Origin: an uncultured delta proteobacterium
GTDB lineage: Bacteria; Myxococcota; Myxococcia; Myxococcales; Anaeromyxobacteraceae
Direction of reading: 5' to 3'
Assembly: GCA_963814585.1 (NCBI GenBank)
Contig: CAWFDF010000005.1
Location: forward strand, 1-55,808
DNA length: 55,808 bases
Position numbers and translations under genes: made by a program. Positions within the stretch are counted from its first letter, which is position 1. Every line of letters begins with the position of its first letter. The notes beneath the pieces were generated by a model. The model ran no database searches, was not told where the DNA came from, and was given only the letters and a program-made list of their open reading frames with translations. Below, piece by piece: positions 1 through 9,306 of this stretch.

Positions 1-36
1 TGGAGGCATGATTCGGCCACCCTGAGGAGAGCCCCC

Positions 37-1413
37 ATGCCCCCGCACCTTCGAGTCGTCCTCGCCGCCCTCGCCCTCGCCGTGACGCCCGCCCCTGCTC
101 CGGCCGCCTCCCCGGCGGCGGCCCCCAAGGCCTCCGACGAGGCCTTCGGCACGCGCCGCTACGAGGACTACGAGAAGCCACAGGCCTGCGCGGCGTGCCA
201 CGTCGACATCGCCCGACAGCACGAGCAGGCCATGATGTCCCAGAGCTTCACGCACCACTGGGACGAGATCGAGTACTTCGAGCTGGCCGTCCCGCACGCC
301 GAGAAGAACCCCAAGGTGGCCGGCGTCAAGGCCGGCTGCAATGGCTGCCACGCCCCCATCGCCTTCCTGGCCGGGGACACCCCGCCGCCCCGCCCGGAGA
401 AGAACTCCCGCGCCAACGAGGGCGTCAGCTGCGACCTGTGCCACACCATCACCGGCCGGGCCGGCGACGTCTCCTTCAACTTCAACTGGATCTCGGAGCC
501 GGGCCGCATGAAGCAGGGCAATCGCCCCGGCGCCGACAGCCCCTACCATCAGACCCGCGAGAACCCGTTCCTCAAGACCGCCGAGTTCTGCGGGACCTGC
601 CACAACGAGAAGGACCCCTGGGGGGTCTTCGTGAAGTCCACCCAGCTGGAGTGGCAGGAGGGGCCGTACGGCAAGGCCGGCATCCCCTGCCAGGCCTGCC
701 ACATGCCGCCAGCCCGCGGCCGCGCCGCCAAGATGGCCCCGGAGCGCGACGACGTGCGGCAGCACCTCTTCCACGGCGCCCACGACCCGGGGAAGCTGGC
801 CGGCGTCGCCGAGGTCCGGGTCCACCCCGAGGCGCGTGAGGTCGAGCCGGGGGATCCGGTCAAGATCACCGCCGTGGTGGTCAACGCCAAGGCCGGCCAC
901 CGCATCCCCTCCGGCTCGGCCGAGGAGCGGGTCCTCTGGCTCCACGTCGAGGCCCGGGACGCCAGCGGCAAGGTCCACCACCTGCGCGTCGAGAAGAAGG
1001 GCTTCCCTGGCGAGGCGTGGACCATCGCCGACTCCAAGGCCCTCGCCTACCAGGACATCGGCGACATCAAGGGGATCGCCGGCTTCGCCGGCCTGCCGCG
1101 CGACGGCGCCGTGCCGGACGGCGACCGCATCTTCCGCATGCCCTACTTCGACGAGAAGGGGCGCATGACCATCGCCCAGTGGAACACCGCGTCGCTCGGG
1201 ACCGACTACCGCCTGGCGCCGCTGCAGTCGGTCGCCGAGACCTTCACGCTCTCGCCGCGCCAGGACCTCCCGCCGGGCCTGGTCACCATCACCGCCACCG
1301 TCTGGTACTCGAGGCTGGTCTCCTCGGTGGCCGAGTTCATGAAGGTGCCGGCCGAGGAGTACCAGCCGGTGCTGATCAACACCCACGTCTCGACCTTCAC
1401 GGTCCTTCCGTAG
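37..1413 (+). CDS. Secreted pentaheme c-type cytochrome (c554-like heme region plus C-terminal beta-rich domain)
   Basis: Signal peptide; five CxxCH motifs (CAACH, CNGCH, CDLCH, CGTCH, CQACH); AGGAG RBS upstream. Confidence 0.85.
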   Translation: MPPHLRVVLAALALAVTPAPAPAASPAAAPKASDEAFGTRRYEDYEKPQACAACHVDIARQHEQAMMSQSFTHHWDEIEYFELAVPHAEKNPKVAGVKAGCNGCHAPIAFLAGDTPPPRPEKNSRANEGVSCDLCHTITGRAGDVSFNFNWISEPGRMKQGNRPGADSPYHQTRENPFLKTAEFCGTCHNEKDPWGVFVKSTQLEWQEGPYGKAGIPCQACHMPPARGRAAKMAPERDDVRQHLFHGAHDPGKLAGVAEVRVHPEAREVEPGDPVKITAVVVNAKAGHRIPSGSAEERVLWLHVEARDASGKVHHLRVEKKGFPGEAWTIADSKALAYQDIGDIKGIAGFAGLPRDGAVPDGDRIFRMPYFDEKGRMTIAQWNTASLGTDYRLAPLQSVAETFTLSPRQDLPPGLVTITATVWYSRLVSSVAEFMKVPAEEYQPVLINTHVSTFTVLP

Positions 1414-1430
1414 CCCCGGGGAGCCCCACC

Positions 1431-2609
1431 ATGCGCCTGCTCACCGCCGCCGTCTCCGCGTTCCTCGCCACCGCCACGCTGGCCCTGCTGGCCGCCCCCC
1501 TGGAGGCCGCCGCCATCCCGGCCTTCGCCCGGAAGTACCGGGTGAGCTGCACCACCTGCCATGCCCCGTTCCCGCGGCTCAAGCCCTACGGCGAGGAGTT
1601 CGCCGGCCGCGGCTTCGCCATGGAGCCCGGGCAGGAGCCGGCCCGCGCCGTCCTCGACGTCGGGGACGACCAGCTCCAGCTCCCCAGGGACTTCCCGCTG
1701 GCGGTCCGCCTCGACCTCTACGGCGAGTGGGCGCCGGACCGGGACCCGCAGGTGGACCTCCAGACGCCCTTCGTCTTCAAGGCGCTGATGGGCGGGCAGA
1801 TCGCCAAGGACGTCAGCTACTACACCTACTTCATCATCGAGAACGGCGGGGAGGCCATGGGCATCGAGGACGCCTGGGTCCAGTTCTCCTCGATCTTCGG
1901 GGCCCCGCTCGACCTGGTGGTGGGCCAGTTCCAGATCTGCGACCCCATCGTGAAGCGGGAGCTCCGGCTCACGCGGGAGGACTACGAGATCCTCCGGGTC
2001 AGGCCTGGCCTCTCGGTGAGCAACCTCACCTACGATCGTGGAGTCATCCTGGCCTGGCACGCCCCGGCCCAGGTGGACCTCCTGGCCATGCTGACCAACG
2101 GCAACGGCATCGGCCCGGGCACCGCCACGTTCGACGACGACCGCTACAAGACGGTGAGCCTCCGCGCCGCGGTCCCGCTGGGCCCGGTCCGTCTCGGGCT
2201 CTTCGGCTCGATGGGCAAGGCCCTGGGCGGCACGGCCGGCGAGGTGAACACCACCGTCTACTGGGGACCGGACCTGGCCGTGGAGCTCGGGGAGGACCTG
2301 ACCATCTCCGGCCAGTGGCTGTCGCGCCAGGACTCGAACGCCTTCTTCGACCCGGCCAGCGCCGCCGAGACCGTCACGCGGGGGGGCTGGCTGGAGGCGG
2401 TCTGGCTCCCAGGCGGGCCCAACGGCCCCGTCTCGATCGCCGTGCTCGGCAACAAGGTGGTCTCCGACGACCCGGCCGCGGAGCGGGAGTCGGCCGGCCT
2501 CCACGGCGGCTGGCTCCTCCGGCGCAATGTCCGGCTGGTGGCCGAGGCCCGCTACGACTGGCTGAGCGAGGAGGCGCGCTTCTCGCTCGGCACCGTGGTG
2601 GCCTTCTGA
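1431..2609 (+). CDS. Cyc2-like monoheme cytochrome-porin fusion (outer-membrane beta-barrel)
   Basis: ATG at 1431 after GGGGAG; signal peptide, then IPAFARKYRVSCTTCHAPFPRLKPYGEEFAGRGF (PxFAR[QK][TY]...CxxCH...PxL..G..F..G motif); amphipathic beta strands; C-terminal Phe. Confidence 0.75.
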   Translation: MRLLTAAVSAFLATATLALLAAPLEAAAIPAFARKYRVSCTTCHAPFPRLKPYGEEFAGRGFAMEPGQEPARAVLDVGDDQLQLPRDFPLAVRLDLYGEWAPDRDPQVDLQTPFVFKALMGGQIAKDVSYYTYFIIENGGEAMGIEDAWVQFSSIFGAPLDLVVGQFQICDPIVKRELRLTREDYEILRVRPGLSVSNLTYDRGVILAWHAPAQVDLLAMLTNGNGIGPGTATFDDDRYKTVSLRAAVPLGPVRLGLFGSMGKALGGTAGEVNTTVYWGPDLAVELGEDLTISGQWLSRQDSNAFFDPASAAETVTRGGWLEAVWLPGGPNGPVSIAVLGNKVVSDDPAAERESAGLHGGWLLRRNVRLVAEARYDWLSEEARFSLGTVVAF

Positions 2610-2753
2610 GGCCGCGGCCGGGACCGACCTCAAGCCGCTGACCCAGCAGCGGGGCCGCCGGCGCTGGGCGGCCGCGCCGGGGTGGGGACCGACCATCCAC
2701 CGTGGGTGAGCGGTCCTACCGTGGAGCGGACCCCGGTGCTAGCATCCCCGGCC

Positions 2754-4505
2754 ATGCTGCGCGAGGCCTTCCAGGACCTGAACCGGCTCCGCCAGATCGC
2801 GGCCGCGGTGGTCCGGCACGGCTTCGGTGCCTACCTCGCCCGCAGCCGGCTGGCCGAGCAGCTCGGTGGCGCCCCCCCGGCGAGCGGCGAGCCTGCGGGC
2901 GGAGAGCGCTCGACCGCGGCACGCTTCCGCGAGCTGCTCTCCGAGCTCGGGCCCACCTTCATCAAGCTGGGCCAGCTCCTCTCCTCCCGTCGCGACGTGC
3001 TGCCGGCCGAGTGGATCAGAGAGCTCGAGACGCTGCAGGACGACTGCCCGCCCCTGCCGCTCGCCGACGTTCGCCGGGCCCTCGAGCTCGGCCTCGGCCA
3101 GCCCATCGAGGCGGTCTTCGCCACGCTCGATCCCGAGCCGCTGGCCAGCGCCTCCATCGCCCAGGTCCACCGGGCCCGCACCCACGCCGGCGAGGACGTG
3201 GTGGTCAAGGTGCAGCGGCCCGACATCCGCTCGAGGATCGAGTCGGACCTGGCCCTCCTCTACTACCTCGCCAAGCTGCTGGAGGCGGTCGTCGAGGAGA
3301 CCGGCGTCTACACGCCGACCGCCGTCATCGAGGAGTTCGACCGGACCATCCACGAGGAGCTCGACTTCGAGCACGAGGCGAGCAACGCCCGCGCCATGCG
3401 CGCCGCCAACCAGGGCCGGGAGCAGATCGTCATCCCGCGCGTGCACGACGCCCTCTCCTCCAGCCGGGTGCTCACGCTCGACTACATCGAGGGGACGCGG
3501 CTCAACGACGTCACCGCCGAGGGCGGCTTCGACACCGAGCGGATCGCGCGGAGCATCATCGAGTCGGCCTTCCGCCAGCTCTTCGAGGACGGCCTGTTCC
3601 ACGGCGACCCGCACCCCGGCAACATCCTGGTCCAGCCGGGCCTGAAGCTGGCGCTGCTCGACTTCGGGCTGGTGGGGCGGCTCACCCGCGCCCAGCAGGA
3701 GCTGCTGGTCACGCTCATCGTGGCGGTGGCGCTGCGCGACGCCGAGTCGATGGCCCGCGTCCTCGACAAGATCGGGGGGCCCGACTCGCGCGCCTCGGTG
3801 GGCGGCCTCCGCGGCGACGTCGAGGGCGTCCTCGATCGGTACCTCGGGCTCCGGCTCGACCAGATCAGGACGGTCACGCTGCTGGGCGACCTGCTCGACC
3901 TGGCGGTGCGCCACAAGATCCGGGTCCCCAAGGAGTACGCCGTGCTGGCCAAGGCCGCCATGACGGTGGAGGGGATCATCCGCCGGCTCTACCCCAGGCT
4001 GGACATCCTCGAGGTCGGGCTCCCCTACGCCCGGGAGCTGCTGATGGCCCGGTTCAGGCCCGACGACGCCTCCGGCACCCTGATGCGGAGCCTGCTGCGC
4101 CTGCAGGGGCTGGCCGAGGACGTGCCCCACCAGCTCTCGCAGATCCTCGCCGATCTCGAGGGAGGCAAGCTCCGCTTCGACGTCCGCTCCGCCGACGTCG
4201 AGCGGATCGGAGAGCAGGTGAGGTCGGTCGGGACCCTGGTCTTCCTCGGGCTCATCGCCTCGGCGCTCACGGTGGGCGGGCTGGTGGTCGTGGCGGTCGG
4301 CCCCACACCGCTCCCCGGGCTGCTGGCGCTGGCTGCGGGCGCCCTGCTGGCGGGCTTCGCGCTCACGCTCCACCTCGCGCCCTTCCGGCTCCACAAGATC
4401 TCGATCCGGCGCCTCATCCCTCGCGAGCGGCCAGCACCGCCAGGCTCGCCAGCCACCAGAGCTCCAGCGCCGCCGCCGCCGTCGCCGACACCGCCGCCAG
4501 CATGA
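2754..4505 (+). CDS. ABC1/UbiB/AarF family atypical kinase
   Basis: LGPTFIKLGQLLS, ASASIAQVH, VVKVQRP, FHGDPHPGN and LLDFGLVG motifs; two C-terminal TM helices. Confidence 0.9.
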   Translation: MLREAFQDLNRLRQIAAAVVRHGFGAYLARSRLAEQLGGAPPASGEPAGGERSTAARFRELLSELGPTFIKLGQLLSSRRDVLPAEWIRELETLQDDCPPLPLADVRRALELGLGQPIEAVFATLDPEPLASASIAQVHRARTHAGEDVVVKVQRPDIRSRIESDLALLYYLAKLLEAVVEETGVYTPTAVIEEFDRTIHEELDFEHEASNARAMRAANQGREQIVIPRVHDALSSSRVLTLDYIEGTRLNDVTAEGGFDTERIARSIIESAFRQLFEDGLFHGDPHPGNILVQPGLKLALLDFGLVGRLTRAQQELLVTLIVAVALRDAESMARVLDKIGGPDSRASVGGLRGDVEGVLDRYLGLRLDQIRTVTLLGDLLDLAVRHKIRVPKEYAVLAKAAMTVEGIIRRLYPRLDILEVGLPYARELLMARFRPDDASGTLMRSLLRLQGLAEDVPHQLSQILADLEGGKLRFDVRSADVERIGEQVRSVGTLVFLGLIASALTVGGLVVVAVGPTPLPGLLALAAGALLAGFALTLHLAPFRLHKISIRRLIPRERPAPPGSPATRAPAPPPPSPTPPPA

Positions 4506-5313
4506 GCGCCGGACCGATCGTCACCGGGGCCGGCGCCCCGGTGGCGAAGCCGGTGGCCAGGCCGCCGACCGACTGGATCGCCGCGCTCGTCACCAGCGAG
4601 ACCAGGCCGATCCCGAGCAGCAGGGCCAGGGCGGCGGACGGCCGGGCCAGCACCCGGGTGGACGCCTGCACCACCGCCTCGACCGGGCCATCCCCGCGCA
4701 CCGCGGTCCGGACCAGCGCCGCGTCGGCGATCACCGACGTGAGCAGGGCCACCAGCAGGGCCAGCACCAGCGCCGCGGCCACCGCCGCGGCCAGCGCCAA
4801 GCGTCCGCTCCCCACCGCCACCACCGAGGTCCGAAGGACGGCCAGGACGGTGCCAGCCAGGACCAGCTGCCCGGTCCACTCGATCGCCAGCCCCAGCAGC
4901 GCGGTGGGCAGGAGGTGCACCAGGCCCCAGGCCACCCCGGCCGCGAAGCGCGGTCGGCGCTCCGCCTCCGACCCCATCGCCCCGGCCAGGACCGGCAGCG
5001 CCCCGGCCAGGTAGGCGATCCGGAGCAGCCAGCCGAGGAGCGCGGCCAGAGCCCCGAGCCCCGCCACCAGCGCCAGCGCTCGAGGCTGCGTGGCGACGTG
5101 GGCCATCCCTCGCCCCGGCGCCTCGAGCGAGTACGGTGCCAGCTCGAGCGCCGACCACGCCCCGCGCACCAGCAGGAGCAGCGCCACCGCCGCGGCCGGG
5201 AGCCAGAGGGCGCGCCGGAGCAGCGCCGTCGCCAGCCCGACCGCGACCAGCCAGCGCTCGCGCCCCAGGCCAGAGAGCCCCTGCCGCACCGCCTCGCCCA
5301 GCGTCGCCGACAT
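4414..5313 (-). CDS. Hypothetical multi-pass membrane protein
   Basis: Several hydrophobic helices and host-like codon usage; 3' end overlaps the convergent ABC1 gene by 92 bp. Confidence 0.65.
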   Translation of the reverse strand: MSATLGEAVRQGLSGLGRERWLVAVGLATALLRRALWLPAAAVALLLLVRGAWSALELAPYSLEAPGRGMAHVATQPRALALVAGLGALAALLGWLLRIAYLAGALPVLAGAMGSEAERRPRFAAGVAWGLVHLLPTALLGLAIEWTGQLVLAGTVLAVLRTSVVAVGSGRLALAAAVAAALVLALLVALLTSVIADAALVRTAVRGDGPVEAVVQASTRVLARPSAALALLLGIGLVSLVTSAAIQSVGGLATGFATGAPAPVTIGPALMLAAVSATAAAALELWWLASLAVLAAREG

Positions 5314-5397
5314 GCGGTCACGGTACCGGCCCGGGGCCGGGGCGGCAACGGAGCATCCGGCTCGCGCCGGCGCCCGGTGGAAGGAACTTGCGGCTGA

Positions 5398-5428
5398 CTG
5401 AACGCTGTGACAGGATACTCCTGTTCAG
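5398..5428 (+). promoter_or_regulatory. Putative LexA operator(s) upstream of lexA
   Basis: CTGAACGCTGTGACAG (CTG-N10-CAG, 5398-5413) and GGATACTCCTGTTCAG (5413-5428); both carry the GTTCAG half-site of the M. xanthus LexA box. Confidence 0.65.
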
Positions 5429-5436
5429 GAGGCGTC

Positions 5437-6126
5437 ATGACCGGATTGACCGACCGCCAGCTCGAGGTGCTGCGCTTCATCGCCCGTGAGATCGAGGAGC
5501 GGGGATACCCGCCCACCATCCGCGAGATCGGCGAGGCGCTCGACATCCGCTCCACCAACGGGGTCAACGACCACCTCAAGGCGCTGGAGCGGAAGGGCTT
5601 CCTCACCCGCGATCCGGTCAAGTCCCGCGCCCTCATCCCCACCGAGGCGGCCCGCGGGGTGCTCGGCGGCGGCTCGGCCTCCACGGGAGCCAAGGTGCTC
5701 CCCTTCCCGGCTGCCGCCCGATCCGGTTCACGCATGGTCGAGGTGCCCATCCTGGGACGGGTCGCCGCCGGCCAGCCCATCCTGGCCCAGGAGCGGGTCG
5801 AGGACACCGTCCAGATCGACTCGTTCCTGCTCGGGACCAACAAGAAGGTCTACGGGCTCAAGGTGCAGGGCGACTCGATGATCGGCGACGGCATCCTCCC
5901 TGGCGACTACGTCTTCGTGAAGAAGCAGCTCAACGCCGACGACGGTGAGATCGTGGTCGCCATGATCGACGACGAGGCGACGGTGAAGCGGATGTACCGG
6001 GAAGGGAAGCGGGTCCGCTTCCAGCCCTCCAATCCGCGCATGGCGCCCATCTACGTCGCCGAGGAGGACTTCCGCTCCACGATGATCCTGGGCGTGGTGG
6101 TCGGCGTGTACCGGAAGATGCACTGA
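5437..6126 (+). CDS. lexA: SOS repressor LexA
   Basis: LTDRQ...GYPPTIREIG wHTH; VAAG cleavage site; GDSM Ser and ATVKR Lys catalytic motifs; AGGAGG RBS. Confidence 0.97.
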   Translation: MTGLTDRQLEVLRFIAREIEERGYPPTIREIGEALDIRSTNGVNDHLKALERKGFLTRDPVKSRALIPTEAARGVLGGGSASTGAKVLPFPAAARSGSRMVEVPILGRVAAGQPILAQERVEDTVQIDSFLLGTNKKVYGLKVQGDSMIGDGILPGDYVFVKKQLNADDGEIVVAMIDDEATVKRMYREGKRVRFQPSNPRMAPIYVAEEDFRSTMILGVVVGVYRKMH

Positions 6127-6283
6127 CCGCCCGACGCAGGCCGGGATCACGCCACCCGGGGTATCAGGCGCGTCAGCCCGAGCCGAGGCGGGCGCACGAG
6201 GAGCGAGCAGCGCAGGCGTACTGCGGCCGTACGTCGAGCAGCGCAGCGACGAGTCCGCCCGACGCAGGCCGGGATCACGCGCC
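6127..6283. repeat. REP/REPIN-like palindromic intergenic element with a perfect 26-bp direct repeat
   Basis: CCGCCCGACGCAGGCCGGGATCACGC at 6127-6152 and 6255-6280; internal repeat CGAGCAGCGCAG around a CGTAC..GTACG palindrome; imperfect inverted ends at 6167 and 6283. Confidence 0.75.
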
Positions 6284-6288
6284 GTAGA

Positions 6289-7545
6289 TCAGCGGGTCTT
6301 GGCCTGGCGCACGTACCGATCCAGATCCTCGCGGTCGATGACCGAGAGGATCTCCACGGCATCCTGCCGTGCCTCGTCGCGCCGGTAGATGAGCCGGACG
6401 TCGGTGGCGACCCGGACGCGGTAGTAGCCCGGGAGGCCCCCCAGCGGCAGCGCGCGCAGGCTGGGGTGGCGGTGGTCCTGCGACAGCAGGAAGGCCTGCT
6501 TGACCGCGGCCCGCTGGATGCGCCGGTCCCAGCCGCGCAGCGAGTCATAGAACTCCTCGGTGAAGACCGGCAGCAGCCAGCTCGCGGGCGCCTCCTCGGG
6601 CTCTCCCTCGGGGTCTCCGGCCGGTACGGCCTGGCTGGGCGCCGCCGTCGTCCCACGCGCCTCGGCGGCCCGGAGCGCCTCCTCGAGCCGGGCCACCTGC
6701 TCGGCCAGCTTCTCGCCTCGTCCCTCGGCGGCGTGGCGCGCCGTCTCGGCCTCGCGCGCCGCGCCCCGGAGCCGCTGGAGCTCGGCCGCCTGGTCGGTGG
6801 CCCGGGACTGGGCCAGCTCGGCCTCGGCCCGGGCCCTGGCCTGCCGGGCCTGCTCCGCCTGGTCCCGGGCACGCGCCGCCTCGGCCACCGCCCGGGCGGC
6901 CTCGGCCCGCGCCTCCCTGACCTGGCCCTGCAGCTTGTCGCGGGCGTCGTCGGCCCTCCGGCGCACCTCCTCCTCCCGCGCCTCGGAGCGGGCCAGCTTC
7001 GCCTCGGCCAGCTGCAGCTTCCCGGAGAGATCGGCCGATCGATCGCTGCTGGCCCCGTCCGATGGGCCCCGGCCGGCCTCGCCCTCACCTGCACCTGAGG
7101 GCGCCGGCCCGTACCACTCCCTCGCCAGCTGCTCCAGCGCCGCCGCGCCCCGCCCCCGGATCTCGGGCTGCGGATCGGCCACCAGCCTCCAGAGCGCGAT
7201 GGCCAGGCCGTGGTCGGAGCCAGCCACCTCCAGCAGCTCGTCGGCGGCGACCGCGTCCAGCGTGCTGTGGGCGAAGGCCGGCTCCTTCAGCGCCCTCCGC
7301 ATCGCCTCCAGCACCGGCAGGCGCGACGCCGGCGACGCGCGCACCTCGTCGGCCAGGAGATCGCACCGCTCCACCTCGGAGAGCCCCGCGGTGCGGAAGC
7401 CCGGGGCCGAGAGCCGGAGCTCCTTCACCAGGGCCAGCGTCTCCTCGGGCAGGAGGGCGACGTACAGGAACGCCGAGAGCGCATCCCGCGAGAGCTCCTG
7501 CAGCGGGGCGTCGCCGGACGGCGCTGGGATAGGGTCTCCGCTCAC
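6289..7545 (-). CDS. Helical domain + coiled-coil + C-terminal RelE/ParE-like domain protein (418 aa)
   Basis: GTG start overlaps the upstream stop (GTGA); long Ala/Glu/Arg heptad region; C-terminus PVFTEEFYDSL..HPSLRALPL..YYRVRVATDVRLIY resembles the RelE fold. Confidence 0.75.
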   Translation of the reverse strand: MSGDPIPAPSGDAPLQELSRDALSAFLYVALLPEETLALVKELRLSAPGFRTAGLSEVERCDLLADEVRASPASRLPVLEAMRRALKEPAFAHSTLDAVAADELLEVAGSDHGLAIALWRLVADPQPEIRGRGAAALEQLAREWYGPAPSGAGEGEAGRGPSDGASSDRSADLSGKLQLAEAKLARSEAREEEVRRRADDARDKLQGQVREARAEAARAVAEAARARDQAEQARQARARAEAELAQSRATDQAAELQRLRGAAREAETARHAAEGRGEKLAEQVARLEEALRAAEARGTTAAPSQAVPAGDPEGEPEEAPASWLLPVFTEEFYDSLRGWDRRIQRAAVKQAFLLSQDHRHPSLRALPLGGLPGYYRVRVATDVRLIYRRDEARQDAVEILSVIDREDLDRYVRQAKTR

Positions 7546-8456
7546 CGGGCGGGGACCGCGCCCTCGCGGACCTCGGCCTTGAACTCGACACCCGACGGGA
7601 GTCTCCAGGCCTCGTCGATGGGGAGCGCCACGGTGAAGATGGCCGGTCGATCCTGCCCGGCGGCACCGCGAACGGCGGCGGTCAACTCCAGCTCGAGCGA
7701 GGTCGGCGGACGGGGCAGCAGCTCCAGCCACCAGGTCCCGAAGAGGATCGAGGGTGGCAGGTCGTCGGTGAAGCGCTCCGGGTCGGCGAGCTTGATGGCC
7801 GGCTCTCCGCCGCCCTGCATCCCGCCGAAGAGGTTCCCCTTGGCGTCGAGCAGCCGGACCGCCAGCTGCCGCAGCGACACGCCCAGGACGGTGCGGCTGG
7901 TCGTCTTCTCGCCCGAGCCCTCGCGCTCCAGGGTCCGCGGGACACCCCAGAGCGCGAAGTCGACGCGCAGCCCGGGGCCCCCACCGTCCGGGTTCGGTCC
8001 GGACTCCACGGCGAGGATGTCGAGCCGCAGCCCGCTGGCCACGGCCGAGACCACCGGCGCGTAGCGACCGCTCTTCACCAGCGCCACCCGACCGTCGGCG
8101 TACTGCTGGAACTCGGCGATGGCGGCGCGATCCCTGTCGGCCAGCTTCCCCCGCTTCTCCTCGCCGCCCGCCGCCGCGGCCGGCCGCGGGGGCTCCCTGG
8201 GGAAGCGGTTGCGGATGGCCGCGGTGGCGTCGAGGTACTGCCGCAGCAGCGCCGGCGCCTCCTGGCGCCACGCCTCGGGCGGCTGCGTCGGCATGGCCCG
8301 GGCCACGGCCGCCCTCTCGACGAACTCCCGCTTCACGCGCGCCCGCTCGAGCCGGGCCTCGAAGGCCTCGCCACGGGCCCGCCAGGCGTCGAGGAGGAAC
8401 ACCGCGGCCAGCAGCACCAGCCCGGCCGGGAGGGCGACGAAGAGGAGACGCTTCAT
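7542..8456 (-). CDS. Hypothetical protein with N-terminal membrane anchor
   Basis: MKRLLFVALPAGLVLLAAVFLL anchor; GAGG RBS; stop overlaps next start. Confidence 0.75.
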   Translation of the reverse strand: MKRLLFVALPAGLVLLAAVFLLDAWRARGEAFEARLERARVKREFVERAAVARAMPTQPPEAWRQEAPALLRQYLDATAAIRNRFPREPPRPAAAAGGEEKRGKLADRDRAAIAEFQQYADGRVALVKSGRYAPVVSAVASGLRLDILAVESGPNPDGGGPGLRVDFALWGVPRTLEREGSGEKTTSRTVLGVSLRQLAVRLLDAKGNLFGGMQGGGEPAIKLADPERFTDDLPPSILFGTWWLELLPRPPTSLELELTAAVRGAAGQDRPAIFTVALPIDEAWRLPSGVEFKAEVREGAVPAR

Positions 8457-8469
8457 GCGCGGACCTCGC

Positions 8470-9306
8470 TCACGTGGTGCCGCTGACCAGCGCCTCGACG
8501 CCCTTCAGGCCGCTGGCGTCGAAGTCGTAGACGTAGGCGCGGGCACGGCGCACCGGCTCGTCGGCGACGCGGGAGACCGATCCGGAGCAGAGGATCGGCG
8601 TGGGGTGGTTGGCGCCGGGCACGTCGACCCGGAAGGCGCAGTGCCGGTGGCCGTGGAGGACCGCGGCGACCGGCAGGTCGGCCACCAGCCGGATCACCTG
8701 GTCGGCGTCGGCGAGTGGCATCCTGGCGACGTGGGCGTCCGACGGGATCCGCTCGGGCGGCAGCACCACGTGGTGGTGGAAGGCCAGCACCGTGGCCTTC
8801 CCCTCCTTCTGGTGCTGGCGGCAGAGCTCCCGCGTGCTGCGCAGCTGGTCGGTGCCGAGCCGGCCGGCCGTCTGGTACGGGGACTCGCCGTGGCGGGCGC
8901 TGTCCAGCGCCACCACCACCACCTCGCCGAGCGCGACCACGTGCGGGTAGGTCGGCGCCGGGCGCCGCATGCCCTTCCCGTCGGCGCCGATGGAGCGCAG
9001 GAACCGGCCGGTGTCGACGGCGTCGGGCGTCCAGACGTCGTGGTTGCCCGGAACCACGGTGAGCTTCCCGGCGGCGGCCCACCACTTGAGCATGTCGGCG
9101 GCACGCTCGAACTCCCGCGCCTCGGCGGAGAGGGTCAGGTCGCCGGTCACCACCAGGTGATCGACCCCGACCTCCCGCAGGGCGTCGAGCAGCCCCTTGG
9201 CCAGCTTGGCCGAGTGACGGTCGCAGTCCTTGGCCGAGAACCCGTTGCGCGGGTACCGCCCGCGGTCGGCGAGGTGCAGGTCGCTGATGTGGCCGATGCG
9301 GACGAT
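8470..9306 (-). CDS. Calcineurin-like metallophosphoesterase (CpdA/Icc-like); apparent non-canonical start
   Basis: [22 protein letters not shown] and HGHRH motifs; the frame extends upstream of the listed ORF to ATC at 9306 behind GGGGAG. Confidence 0.85.
   Translation of the reverse strand: MVRIGHISDLHLADRGRYPRNGFSAKDCDRHSAKLAKGLLDALREVGVDHLVVTGDLTLSAEAREFERAADMLKWWAAAGKLTVVPGNHDVWTPDAVDTGRFLRSIGADGKGMRRPAPTYPHVVALGEVVVVALDSARHGESPYQTAGRLGTDQLRSTRELCRQHQKEGKATVLAFHHHVVLPPERIPSDAHVARMPLADADQVIRLVADLPVAAVLHGHRHCAFRVDVPGANHPTPILCSGSVSRVADEPVRRARAYVYDFDASGLKGVEALVSGTT

Noticed and set aside
2610..2750. GGGACCGACC duplicate and short GC hairpins after the Cyc2-like gene
   Set aside because: Too short and GC-rich to exceed chance; no U-tract or recognisable RNA motif
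6127..6280. 26-bp direct repeat as a mini-CRISPR or att pair
   Set aside because: Only two copies, a 102-bp structured interior, and no cas or integrase gene; a palindromic repeat element fits better
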